Positions 20,257 to 28,984 of a stretch of 50,116 nucleotides of DNA are shown one piece after another. Position 1 is the stretch's first letter. Every line of letters begins with the position of its first letter. Source of the DNA: Saprospiraceae bacterium (GTDB lineage Bacteria; Bacteroidota; Bacteroidia; Chitinophagales; Saprospiraceae). Below the pieces are notes generated by a model. That model was not told the DNA's origin. It was given only the letters and a program-made list of their open reading frames with translations, and did not search any database. The stretch lies in assembly GCA_022841345.1 (NCBI GenBank), contig JALHRR010000008.1, positions 96,994-147,109 of the forward strand. The letters are read 5' to 3'. Made by a program: the position numbers and the translations under genes.

Positions 20257-21309
20257 TCAATCTTCCGGCCATTTATCAAACCAGGAATCTGATTTGAATA
20301 CTTCAGGGGGCTTCCCTGATTGCTGTACTGCATATGAAAATTCAGGCAATGTTGAATAAGCTCCTATTTTACCCGCTTTATTCAAAGCTATGAAGCCCAC
20401 TTGTAATCGGTTAGCCTTATCCCCATTGTGTTTTATAATCCTGCTTATTGCTTCTTTACATGCATCCTCAGGGGATTTTCCACCACGCATTTGCTCTACT
20501 ATCGTATGAGCGCCACAGATTCGTACTACTTCCTCTCCTACTCCGGTTCCCGTTGCGGCGCCTACTTCATTGTCAACAAATAAGCCAGCTCCTATAATTG
20601 GCGAATCACCCACTCTGCCACTTAATTTAAATGCCATTCCGCTGGTACTGCAAGCTCCGCTTATATCTGAATTTTGGTCCATCGCAAGCATTCCAATAGT
20701 ATCATGATTTTCTTTAATTCTCTGCATAATTTTTTCCGGGGTGATAGAGGGATCATATTCAGATTCTTCCAGCCACTCAACCCAGGCTTTTTCACTGCCA
20801 GGTGTTAACAGATTCACTTTTTCAAATCCGTTTTCCAGGGCAAATTTCAAAGCGCCTGAGCCGGCCAACATTACATGCGCTGTCTTTTCCATGACCAATC
20901 TTGCTACTGCAATAGGATGGAGTATATGCTCCAGCGCTAATACAGCACCACAATTGCCCCTGTGGTCCATAATACATGCATCCAGTGTAACATTGCCATC
21001 CCTATCCGGCAAACCCCCTAATCCGACACTGGTATCTTCAGGATCAGCCTCCGGTAGAAAAACACCCCGTTCCACAGCATCTAAAGCTGAACCACCCGAG
21101 GAAAGAACTTCCCATGCCGCAGCGTTTGCCTTCACATTCGGTGCCCATGTTGAAATTACTAGTGGACCTGATACAGTATCTGCTTTAGCAGTCAAAGAAG
21201 ATGCCTCCCCTTCACAGGCACTTTGCGTTAATAGTAATCCTGCTGCCGCCAATGTTGTAGATGCAAGGAATTGTCTTCGGTCCAGACTATGAGGTTTTTC
21301 GTCTTTCAT
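20257..21309 (-). CDS. N-terminal nucleophile aminohydrolase: isoaspartyl peptidase / glycosylasparaginase, Tat-exported
   Basis: Tat motif RRQFLASTTLAAAGLL; autoproteolytic Ntn motif HDTIGMLAMD…GRVGDSPIIGAG…GAATGTG; the start is set at the internal Met abutting the pabA stop. Confidence 0.8.
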   Translation of the reverse strand: MKDEKPHSLDRRQFLASTTLAAAGLLLTQSACEGEASSLTAKADTVSGPLVISTWAPNVKANAAAWEVLSSGGSALDAVERGVFLPEADPEDTSVGLGGLPDRDGNVTLDACIMDHRGNCGAVLALEHILHPIAVARLVMEKTAHVMLAGSGALKFALENGFEKVNLLTPGSEKAWVEWLEESEYDPSITPEKIMQRIKENHDTIGMLAMDQNSDISGACSTSGMAFKLSGRVGDSPIIGAGLFVDNEVGAATGTGVGEEVVRICGAHTIVEQMRGGKSPEDACKEAISRIIKHNGDKANRLQVGFIALNKAGKIGAYSTLPEFSYAVQQSGKPPEVFKSDSWFDKWPED

Positions 21310-21917
21310 TCGCCCCGAAGATAATCTACTTCTGTATCTTTTTTTAAAAGTTTTGACCAATTATTTAACATTAGTTGACCTGACAAAGTAAGTATGGATT
21401 CCGGATGAAATTGAATGCCGGTTACTAACAAATTAGGGTCGCTGATTCCCATAATTAATTGATCGTGAAGCGTCGAAGAAATCACTTGTAAATTAGTGTT
21501 TGCGACGGGCTTTAGCACCAAAGAATGATAACGCATTACTTCTAAAGGGTTGGGAAGCCCTTCAAAAATACCGGTTTCATTATGAATAATCTGGCTTGTT
21601 TTTCCATGAATGGGTATTGGAGCGTGAATAAGCTCCCAACCATATAGTTCACCTATTGCCTGCATTCCCAGACATACACCCAAAATGGGAATTTTGCCAA
21701 TGAATTCCTCCAATGCCCTCAGCATACCCGGATGGTCAGATGGACGCATAGGGCCGGGAGAGATGATTACCCCGTCGAATTGCAAGCTTCCATCCAGTAT
21801 TTCATCAAACGGAATTTCTGTATTGCGGAAAGTCGTCACCTGTAAACCTGCAAGCAATAAATAATGCTCCAGATTGTAAGTGAAGGAGTCAAAATTGTCA
21901 ATTAATAGTACTCTCAT
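21306..21917 (-). CDS. glutamine amidotransferase (anthranilate/aminodeoxychorismate synthase component II)
   Basis: Class I GATase triad context (GVCLGMQ, HPE), 203 aa; trpG/pabA type cannot be distinguished from sequence alone. Confidence 0.8.
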   Translation of the reverse strand: MRVLLIDNFDSFTYNLEHYLLLAGLQVTTFRNTEIPFDEILDGSLQFDGVIISPGPMRPSDHPGMLRALEEFIGKIPILGVCLGMQAIGELYGWELIHAPIPIHGKTSQIIHNETGIFEGLPNPLEVMRYHSLVLKPVANTNLQVISSTLHDQLIMGISDPNLLVTGIQFHPESILTLSGQLMLNNWSKLLKKDTEVDYLRGE

Positions 21918-22106
21918 AATCGGGATAAAGATACAGTTTGCGATGAGAAAAGGTAGAAGTCAGAAGGTGGAAGGTGGATGGTGGAAGGTGGATAAGAAAA
22001 TTATAGAAAATAAAAAACCGGTTGCTTTGATTTCGCAAAACAACCAGTCGCTATTAAGAAGGAGACAAACTACACAATTCCTTCCTTCAAATGCAGGAGC
22101 TGAGTG

Positions 22107-22460
22107 TCATTGCCCACTTGCTGCAGCTGCACCTCCTATCATAAGCAATTCATTCAGTACGATTTCAGTAATGTAGCATTTTTTTCCTGTTTTGTCCTCA
22201 TATGTTCTGTGGACCAGTTTACCTTCTACAGCGATTTCTTTGCCCTTCTCGATGTACTTTTCGATGATGGCTGCTTGTTGGCCCCATGCAATCAGGTTGT
22301 GCCATTGAGTTTCTTTGATACGCTCGCCCTGTGCATTTTTGTAGGTTTCAGATGTGGCCATTACCAGTTGAGCTTTCTTTTTTCCATTGTCAAATACTAC
22401 AATTTTAGGATCATTACCTACATTGCCTACAAGTCTGACGGAATTTCTTAAGTTGTTCAT
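22107..22460 (-). CDS. ssb: single-stranded DNA-binding protein
   Basis: OB-fold SSB N-terminus (NSVRLVGNVGNDP…W…L…WG). Confidence 0.85.
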   Translation of the reverse strand: MNNLRNSVRLVGNVGNDPKIVVFDNGKKKAQLVMATSETYKNAQGERIKETQWHNLIAWGQQAAIIEKYIEKGKEIAVEGKLVHRTYEDKTGKKCYITEIVLNELLMIGGAAAASGQ

Positions 22461-22810
22461 AACGCGAAAAATTTAAATGATTAAAAAGTAAAAAATTTGT
22501 TTGTCACCGATCTGTGGTTGACGATGCAAAGATGTAGGGACCGGTCCGGGGAACTCGGTTATTAATCATTTAAGTCTCGCTTATAGTCGTTTGTAGTCGT
22601 TTAAAAACGAATATATATTCAATTAATTACAATTATAATATATTAATAATTGTTAATCAATGTATTTCATATTGCAATTATATACAATATAAAAAAATGA
22701 TTTTTCATTCTTTTTCAAAAAAAAATACCTGAAATGCGATTGAAGTTTTCAATCGTTCGAATTTCGGATATGTGAGTACAGATTTGCCAAATTTTTGAAA
22801 TTTGCCAAAT

Positions 22811-23344
22811 CTATCTCCCTCTCTTCTCCCCCTCAAACACCTCCCCTGATAATCCCTTTAACTTTTCATTCCACTCCGCACTGCCTTTCACGGCATGGAT
22901 GGTTTTTTCGGCTGTGACGAGAAGTGGTTTTGCAAGGAAGGAATGATCCAGCGTATCTGATGGAATCAACTTTGTATTGTCTACAAAAACTAACAAGCAA
23001 GCAAAGGAAACGGTAAAACTAATGGCCCCTAATAATCCCGTAAATAATGGACTAATCCAACCTGTGTCTTTTTTGACAAAATATGGCTCAAGGAAATTCC
23101 AGATGTACCAGCCAATAAAAAGCCAGATTCCAAGAACTAAAAATATTGCAGGAACGATCAGCCATTCAGACCTTACTTCCATTGACTGATCCAAACTATT
23201 CAATAAAAATGCAGATCCCTTTAGCGTCACCCAGACCGAGGCCAGAATGGATACTAAATACAGGAGCCATTTACTGACTCCAAATTGATACCCAAAATAT
23301 ACTCCACAGAAAATAATCAGCAACAAAACTACATCAATCAGCAT
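22811..23344 (-). CDS. CvpA-family membrane protein
   Basis: 177 aa with four TM helices in the arrangement typical of colicin V production protein CvpA; weak call. Confidence 0.45.
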   Translation of the reverse strand: MLIDVVLLLIIFCGVYFGYQFGVSKWLLYLVSILASVWVTLKGSAFLLNSLDQSMEVRSEWLIVPAIFLVLGIWLFIGWYIWNFLEPYFVKKDTGWISPLFTGLLGAISFTVSFACLLVFVDNTKLIPSDTLDHSFLAKPLLVTAEKTIHAVKGSAEWNEKLKGLSGEVFEGEKRGR

Positions 23345-23444
23345 ACACCTCCATTTGAAGGCAAAAGTAACATATTATAATTATTTATAATAAGAATTTT
23401 TGTCTTCCTGGAACCATCCCATTCAATACTTTATGAATTTGTAA

Positions 23445-23850
23445 TTAATCCGCGTCTATAAAACAATCGGCTGCTTTTCCGGCTGTTTTGAATTCTAAAT
23501 TCTGCCTTCTAACTTCTCAAATCTCCCTTTCTTCGATGGTCGTCCCCAAAGCTTTGGGGATGACTTCGATCCAATATTTCATGAATTTGTAATTCATTTA
23601 CGACTAATCCACTTCAACAAACAAATCGGCTGCTTTCCGGCTGTTCCAAATCTGAAAACTGAAACCTGAAATCTGAAATCTCCTATATAACACTTTTGCA
23701 GAACATTGATATTCAATGATTTAAAAAATTCTAAATTCTACCTTCTAAATTCTAAATTTCAGGCCCCGCCGTGTTATCCTTCATCGAATGGTCCCCAAAG
23801 CTTTGGGGACGGGGACTGAAATCTGAAATCAGGACACTGGGAGTGAATGA
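23445..23850. repeat. cluster of modular intergenic repeats (GTCCCCAAAGCTTTGGGGA palindrome, CATGAATTTGTAATTCAT palindrome, CGGCTGCTTT(T)CCGGCTGTT core, CTGAAATCTGAAATC microsatellite)
   Basis: Two copies of the TCCCCAAAGCTTTGGGGA palindrome, at about 23548 and about 23793, plus the same sub-modules found at 37.9-38.1 kb and 47.5-48.1 kb. Confidence 0.75.
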
Positions 23851-23854
23851 CCTC

Positions 23855-25435
23855 TCAATGCTCGTCAGATAAATGGAAATTAATCTTGGGATGTGCCTCC
23901 TGTACTGTCCTCAAGCTCCATGCAGTTTCTGCAAGGTAGACCAGGCGGTCATGCTTGTCTCTGGCAAGATCTTTTTTTCTACGGCTGATGAATTCACGCA
24001 TAGCTTCTGCATCGGTGGATGTTACCCAGCATGCTTTATGCAAATGCACCGGTTCATAGCGGCAGGAAGCTCCATATTCATGCTCCAGTCTATATTGAAT
24101 CACATCAAACTGCAGCGCACCTACTGTGCCGATGATCTTACGGTTGTTGTCCTCTTTGGTAAACAACTGCGCCAGGCCTTCATCCATCAGCTCAAATAAT
24201 CCTTTATTTAGCTGCTTGGTTTTCATCGGATCAGCATTATTGACATACCTGAACTGTTCAGGTGAGAAACTTGGAATTCCTTTGAAGTGAAGGATTTCTC
24301 CTTCTGTCAATGTATCGCCTATTTTAAAATTACCGGAATCATACAGACCGATCACATCACCCGGATAAGCATCGTCGATAACTGATTTTTTGGAAGCCAT
24401 GAAGCTGGTGGGGTTGGAAAACTTCATGTTTTTTCCCTGTCTCACATGGTAGTAATTCGTATTTCTCTCGAACTGACCGGACACTATGCGGCAAAATGCA
24501 ATTCTGTCCCTGTGCTTTGGATCCATATTTGCGTGAATCTTGAAGATAAATCCTGAGAATTTTTCCTCTTCAGGCTTTACTACTCTTTCTTCTGTCTCGC
24601 GCTCTTTCGGAGTTGGCGCAATTTCTATAAAGCAATCCAGCAATTCTTTGACCCCGAAATTATTCACAGCACTCCCGAAGAAAACCGGGCTTAATTCTCC
24701 CGATCGGTATTTCTCCACCGTGAATTCAGGATAAACAGTTTCGATGATTTCTACCTCGCCTCTAAGTTCATCAGCAGGCTTTTCGCCAATTTTTTTATCC
24801 AGTTCAGGATCAGAAAGATCATTAAATTCGAGGATATCTTCCTCTGTTTGTTTTCCGTGAGGAGAAAACAGGCAAAGTTTTTTCTCATACATATTATACA
24901 CACCCTGAAATCGCGACCCCATGCCGATAGGCCAGGAAAGCGGTCTGACTTTAAGACCCAGTTTGGTTTCTACTTCATCGAGCAAATCCATTGCGTCAAG
25001 ACCTTCCCTGTCCATTTTATTGATGAATACAATAATGGGTGTGCTTCTCATTCTGCAGACTTCCACCAGCTTCTCAGTTTGCTCTTCCACGCCTTTTGCA
25101 ACGTCAATCACAACAATTACACTATCCACAGCAGTCAGCGTACGGAATGTATCCTCTGCAAAGTCCTTGTGACCCGGCGTATCCAGGATATTGATTTGCA
25201 GATTTTCATATTCAAATCCCATCACAGAAGTAGCCACAGAGATCCCCCTTTGCTTCTCGATTTCCATGAAGTCAGAGGTCGCGTGTTTCTTAATCTTATT
25301 GGATTTTACCGCACCTGCAGTTTGAATGGCACCACCAAACAGAAGCAATTTTTCTGTCAGGGTAGTCTTACCCGCATCGGGGTGACTGACGATCCCAAAT
25401 GTGCGTCTGCGCGCTATTTCCTGTAGTCTGTCCAT
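23855..25435 (-). CDS. prfC: peptide chain release factor 3
   Basis: RF3-typical N-terminus ([29 protein letters not shown]) and translational GTPase domains, 526 aa. Confidence 0.92.
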   Translation of the reverse strand: MDRLQEIARRRTFGIVSHPDAGKTTLTEKLLLFGGAIQTAGAVKSNKIKKHATSDFMEIEKQRGISVATSVMGFEYENLQINILDTPGHKDFAEDTFRTLTAVDSVIVVIDVAKGVEEQTEKLVEVCRMRSTPIIVFINKMDREGLDAMDLLDEVETKLGLKVRPLSWPIGMGSRFQGVYNMYEKKLCLFSPHGKQTEEDILEFNDLSDPELDKKIGEKPADELRGEVEIIETVYPEFTVEKYRSGELSPVFFGSAVNNFGVKELLDCFIEIAPTPKERETEERVVKPEEEKFSGFIFKIHANMDPKHRDRIAFCRIVSGQFERNTNYYHVRQGKNMKFSNPTSFMASKKSVIDDAYPGDVIGLYDSGNFKIGDTLTEGEILHFKGIPSFSPEQFRYVNNADPMKTKQLNKGLFELMDEGLAQLFTKEDNNRKIIGTVGALQFDVIQYRLEHEYGASCRYEPVHLHKACWVTSTDAEAMREFISRRKKDLARDKHDRLVYLAETAWSLRTVQEAHPKINFHLSDEH

Positions 25436-25574
25436 GAGTATATTGAGCTGGATTTTTAAAACGGGTGCAAAGATAGGGATTTAGGAAGGAATATATTTAC
25501 TGAGAAAAATACTGTTATATTTCAATTTGTTTTAGGCATCACCCCAAGGTTCAGAAATGGGATGATTGTATATC

Positions 25575-25735
25575 CAATCTTCACATTTCTGCATTCGCGG
25601 CTTGTCCCCAACGCCTTGGTGGATCGCTACGTTGCACCACTCGCTTTTCGCTCGGTACCCATTTACAACTCCACCACAATGCATTGGCGAAAGGCATGGG
25701 GACTGCCTCCCTTTGGACGGCATGGTTTCACATCT
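25575..25735. repeat. diverged copy of the palindromic intergenic repeat (GTCCCCAACGCCTTGGTGGA variant)
   Basis: Palindrome variant plus the CATGGGGACTGCCTCCCTTTGGACGG segment; overlapped only by short opposite-strand ORFs. Confidence 0.4.
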
Positions 25736-26265
25736 AAAGGCTGATGCAATCCCAACTTAAAAGCAACTATTAGAAAATAGAAATCCTTTGTGAAGTTGCT
25801 ACAATCCCGCCTTAGAGAATAATCCGTAAAAAATGGTTTTGAGTGAAGCGACCAAGGCTGTCACTGTGTGAGCAATATGTGAAGCCGGGCAGATATAGAG
25901 ATGACCTGTGAAAAATAAGCAGGAACAAGTAAGGCCAAAAGCGAGTTTGACAGACTTAGCGAAAGGAAAACGCATTTTTAGGATTAGGCTCTACAGCGGG
26001 AATGGTTTTTGTTTACTTTTTGCCATTTCAAAAAGTAAAAGCCCAGCCGGCTTGAGGCGAATTAGAAGTGCTAAATTCCAAAGTATTTTCAAATGAAGAA
26101 CTGAATACATTTTTTTGAAATAAGATTATCTAACAATATAATAGCCATCTTTCATGACTCTCAAGCTGTTCTTCAAAGCTTAAATATTCGGCCTCGAAGA
26201 AAATAATTCTAAGATATTTTGCTCCAGCTATTGTTTTATTCACAAAAGTGATTTAATCTTGCCAC

Positions 26266-26337
26266 ATGAAAACAAATCAATCTATGACATGTTGTTGTTG
26301 TCGTACTGCTCAGAGAGCGGTCGGGACTATGATGTGA
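26266..26337 (+). CDS. Cys-codon-rich mini-ORF 1 (putative leader peptide MKTNQSMTCCCCRTAQRAVGTMM)
   Basis: 23-codon ORF containing four consecutive Cys codons (TGT×4); its stop lies about 35 nt before an intrinsic terminator, upstream of a cysteine-biosynthesis operon. Confidence 0.4.
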   Translation: MKTNQSMTCCCCRTAQRAVGTMM

Positions 26338-26372
26338 TATAGATTAATACAATAAAATCCAGTTTCACAGAA

Positions 26373-26405
26373 AGCCCTTCCGCCAAAATGGAAGGGCTTT
26401 TTTTT
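26373..26405 (+). terminator. intrinsic terminator 1 (AGCCCTTCC–loop–GGAAGGGCT + T8)
   Basis: Perfect 9-bp GC-rich stem with an 8-nt loop followed by TTTTTTTT. Confidence 0.75.
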
Positions 26406-26425
26406 GATCCGATTGAATATAAAAA

Positions 26426-26524
26426 ATGAAAATGTTACATAAATCTTCTTGCTGTTGTCGCTGCTGTTGCCCTGACTGGCACACGGACCCTGGAGGTAAG
26501 AGACATGTAATATTTATCGAATAA
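26426..26524 (+). CDS. Cys-codon-rich mini-ORF 2 (putative leader peptide MKMLHKSSCCCRCCCPDWHTDPGGKRHVIFIE)
   Basis: 32-codon ORF with six Cys codons among seven consecutive codons (CCCRCCC); followed about 28 nt later by a second intrinsic terminator. Confidence 0.4.
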   Translation: MKMLHKSSCCCRCCCPDWHTDPGGKRHVIFIE

Positions 26525-26552
26525 TAGAATAGGTAAATTACATAGAACAAAA

Positions 26553-26587
26553 CCCTTCCGGTCCTCCCGGAGGGGTTTTTTATTTTT
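26553..26587 (+). terminator. intrinsic terminator 2 (CCCTTCCGG–TCCTC–CCGGAGGGG + T-run)
   Basis: 9-bp stem (one G·U) followed by TTTTTTATTTTT, immediately upstream of the peroxiredoxin start at 26613. Confidence 0.7.
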
Positions 26588-26612
26588 CACACCATCACAA
26601 ATCAAAATTATC

Positions 26613-27269
26613 ATGAGCGACTTACTTCAAAATTCAACTTCACTTCCAAAAATCGGCGATCCGGCACCGGATTTCACAGCCCAAACCACAAAAGGAACAT
26701 TTAAATTCAGTGAATGGCGGGCCGACAAATGGACAATCTTCTTTTCCCATCCTGCAGATTTTACTCCGGTTTGCACAACTGAATTAATAGAATTTGCCAG
26801 AGAATCTGACTGGTTTGCCGCCAGAAATACTCAGTTAATTGGTCTCAGTATTGACAGCATTCACGCACATCTTGCCTGGGTTCTTAATGTCAAAGAGAAA
26901 ACTGGAGTACTACTTGATTTTCCTTTGATTGCTGATCTCGATGGTTCCGTAGCAAATGCTTATGGCATGCTTCATCCGGGTGCCAGCTCCACTGCAACTG
27001 TACGTGCGGTTTTCATCATTGATCCGAAAGGCATTGTAAGATTATTGATCTATTATCCATTGAATATAGGACGTGGAATAGAAGAAATCAAAAGAGTGAT
27101 GGAAGCTTTACAAACCGCAGATCAATACAGTGTAGCGCTTCCTGTCAACTGGAAGAAAGGTGAAAATGTAGTGGTTCCTGCACCTAAGACACTCGCAGAA
27201 ATTGAGAAAAATGAGGCAGCAGGCTATGAAGAAAGAATTGATTTTTATTTGCAAAAAAGAAGTCTCTAA
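26613..27269 (+). CDS. 1-Cys peroxiredoxin (Prx6-like, AhpC/TSA family)
   Basis: Peroxidatic Cys motif FTPVCTTE; 218 aa with a C-terminal extension containing PVNWKKGE, typical of the 1-Cys Prx subfamily. Confidence 0.88.
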   Translation: MSDLLQNSTSLPKIGDPAPDFTAQTTKGTFKFSEWRADKWTIFFSHPADFTPVCTTELIEFARESDWFAARNTQLIGLSIDSIHAHLAWVLNVKEKTGVLLDFPLIADLDGSVANAYGMLHPGASSTATVRAVFIIDPKGIVRLLIYYPLNIGRGIEEIKRVMEALQTADQYSVALPVNWKKGENVVVPAPKTLAEIEKNEAAGYEERIDFYLQKRSL

Positions 27270-27280
27270 AGACACAAATC

Positions 27281-28213
27281 ATGGTAGCACAGCAAACAAA
27301 TCAGGGGCAATATCAGCTGCTTAAACAGCTCAATCAATTGCAAAAATTTATTGGCAATACACCATTGTATCCCATTTCAAGGGTCTGGTCCAAGCCCGGG
27401 GTGCAGGTGTATGCCAAGTTGGAGTGGTATCAGCTGGGCGGGAGTATAAAGTCCCGCCCGGCTTTCCACATCATCAAGGCTGCATTGACTGATATCAACT
27501 GGACGAGTGGAAAGCGCTTACTGGACGCCACTAGTGGGAATACCGGAATAGCTTATGCAGCCATTAGTTCCGCACTGGGATTGCCTCTGACGCTGTGTAT
27601 ACCCGAAAATGCATCCAAAGAGCGCATAGATATATTGCGTTCACACCAGACGGATCTGGTTTTTACTTCCAGATTTGAAGGGACAGATGGAGCACAGGAA
27701 GTAGCCAAAAGAATGCAGCTTGAAAAACCTGAGGAATATATCTTGCTGGATCAATATAGCAATTGCGCTAACTGGCAGGCACATATCAGGACTACTGCTC
27801 CTGAGATTTGGGCACAGACACAGGGCCAGGTTACGCACTTTGTAGCAGGGCTGGGCACCACCGGGACTGTGACAGGAACTTCAAAAGGATTGAAGGCATT
27901 CAATTCACGCATCAAAGTAATTGGTCTTCAGCCTGATTCTCCGATGCACGGATTGGAAGGCTGGAAGCATTTGGAGACTGCAATTATACCTCCGATTTAT
28001 AAGCCACAGGCACATGACGAGCTTTTGGAAATCAATACAGAAGAGGCCATTGATCTAATGAAAAAAGTAGCTATCAAGGAAGGTTTGCAAATCAGTCCTT
28101 CCAGTGCTGCCAATCTCCTTGGAGCCATCAAAGTAGCAGAAAAATTAAGTTCAGGAACGGTCGTCACCACATTTGCAGACGACGCATCCAAGTATCGTGA
28201 AATCTGGAATTAA
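27281..28213 (+). CDS. PLP-dependent cysteine synthase (CysM-like; candidate CysO-thiocarboxylate-dependent O-phosphoserine/O-acetylserine sulfhydrylase)
   Basis: Beta-substituted alanine synthase fold with a PLP-lysine motif (GGSIKSRPA) and a glycine-rich loop (GLGTTGTVTG); sits in the cluster with the sulfur carrier, JAMM protease and E1. Confidence 0.8.
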   Translation: MVAQQTNQGQYQLLKQLNQLQKFIGNTPLYPISRVWSKPGVQVYAKLEWYQLGGSIKSRPAFHIIKAALTDINWTSGKRLLDATSGNTGIAYAAISSALGLPLTLCIPENASKERIDILRSHQTDLVFTSRFEGTDGAQEVAKRMQLEKPEEYILLDQYSNCANWQAHIRTTAPEIWAQTQGQVTHFVAGLGTTGTVTGTSKGLKAFNSRIKVIGLQPDSPMHGLEGWKHLETAIIPPIYKPQAHDELLEINTEEAIDLMKKVAIKEGLQISPSSAANLLGAIKVAEKLSSGTVVTTFADDASKYREIWN

Positions 28214-28225
28214 ACAACAAACAAC

Positions 28226-28678
28226 ATGAGCACACACATTAAAACATCGACCTTGCAATTATCAGCTTCCGGACTGGAGGTGGTCAGAAAAGACGCCGTC
28301 AAAGCCTATCCGGATGAATGCTGCGGATTTCTTTTTGGCACCGAAACAGAAGGACGCAAAATCACATTAGCGGTCCCGGTGACTAATCACAAGGATGGAG
28401 ATAAAAGAAGAAGATTTGAAATTCATCCTCAGGATTATTTGAGAGCTGAACGACTTGCTGCTGAAATCGGACTGGATCTTTTGGGAGTGTACCACTCACA
28501 TCCGGAACATCCTGCACTTCCTTCATTGACCGATCTCGAAATGGCACTACCTTACTTTTCGTATGTAATCGTTTCGGTAAAATCAGGTAAAGTAGTGGAC
28601 GAGCGCTCCTGGAAACTCAATGAATCTCTGGGACTTTTTGAAGAAGAATTTATTATGCAACCTATACATTTATCGTAA
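28226..28678 (+). CDS. Mov34/MPN+ (JAMM) zinc metalloprotease, Mec+-like
   Basis: JAMM motif E…HSHPEHPALPSLTD (HxHx7Sx2D), 150 aa. Confidence 0.85.
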   Translation: MSTHIKTSTLQLSASGLEVVRKDAVKAYPDECCGFLFGTETEGRKITLAVPVTNHKDGDKRRRFEIHPQDYLRAERLAAEIGLDLLGVYHSHPEHPALPSLTDLEMALPYFSYVIVSVKSGKVVDERSWKLNESLGLFEEEFIMQPIHLS

Positions 28679-28680
28679 TC

Positions 28681-28965
28681 ATGGCAACTATTATCATACC
28701 AACACCGCTCAGAAAATTTACCGGAAATCAATCCACTTTCAAAGTGAATGATGCCGGAACAATCTCCGAAGCGATACATTCCCTGACAGATCAGTACACA
28801 GATTTAAAGAAACACGTGATAGACGAGGAGGGAAAAATCCGTTCATTCGTCAGATTGTATCTCGGCGATGAAGATGTCTCAGCATTGGATCAAAAAGCTG
28901 AAACCCGCATCAAAGAATCAGATGTGATTTCAATAGTACCTGCCATTGCGGGAGGTAAAATCTAA
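28681..28965 (+). CDS. ThiS/MoaD-family sulfur-carrier protein (CysO-like) with C-terminal Gly-Gly followed by a 2-residue extension
   Basis: 94-aa beta-grasp protein ending …VPAIAGGKI; the GG-KI terminus implies processing by the adjacent JAMM protease to expose the GG for adenylation and thiocarboxylation. Confidence 0.8.
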   Translation: MATIIIPTPLRKFTGNQSTFKVNDAGTISEAIHSLTDQYTDLKKHVIDEEGKIRSFVRLYLGDEDVSALDQKAETRIKESDVISIVPAIAGGKI

Positions 28966-28984
28966 AGACTTAAAAAACAAAAGT

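Noticed and set aside
20741-21292. 183-aa plus-strand ORF opposite the asparaginase gene
   Set aside because: It is entirely antisense to a well-supported Ntn-hydrolase gene and has a Ser/Ala/Pro-rich low-complexity translation; shadow ORF.
25532-26096. Four 60-64-aa ORFs on both strands in the prfC-upstream gap
   Set aside because: They are mutually overlapping, lie within repeat-derived sequence, and have no motifs; treated as non-coding.
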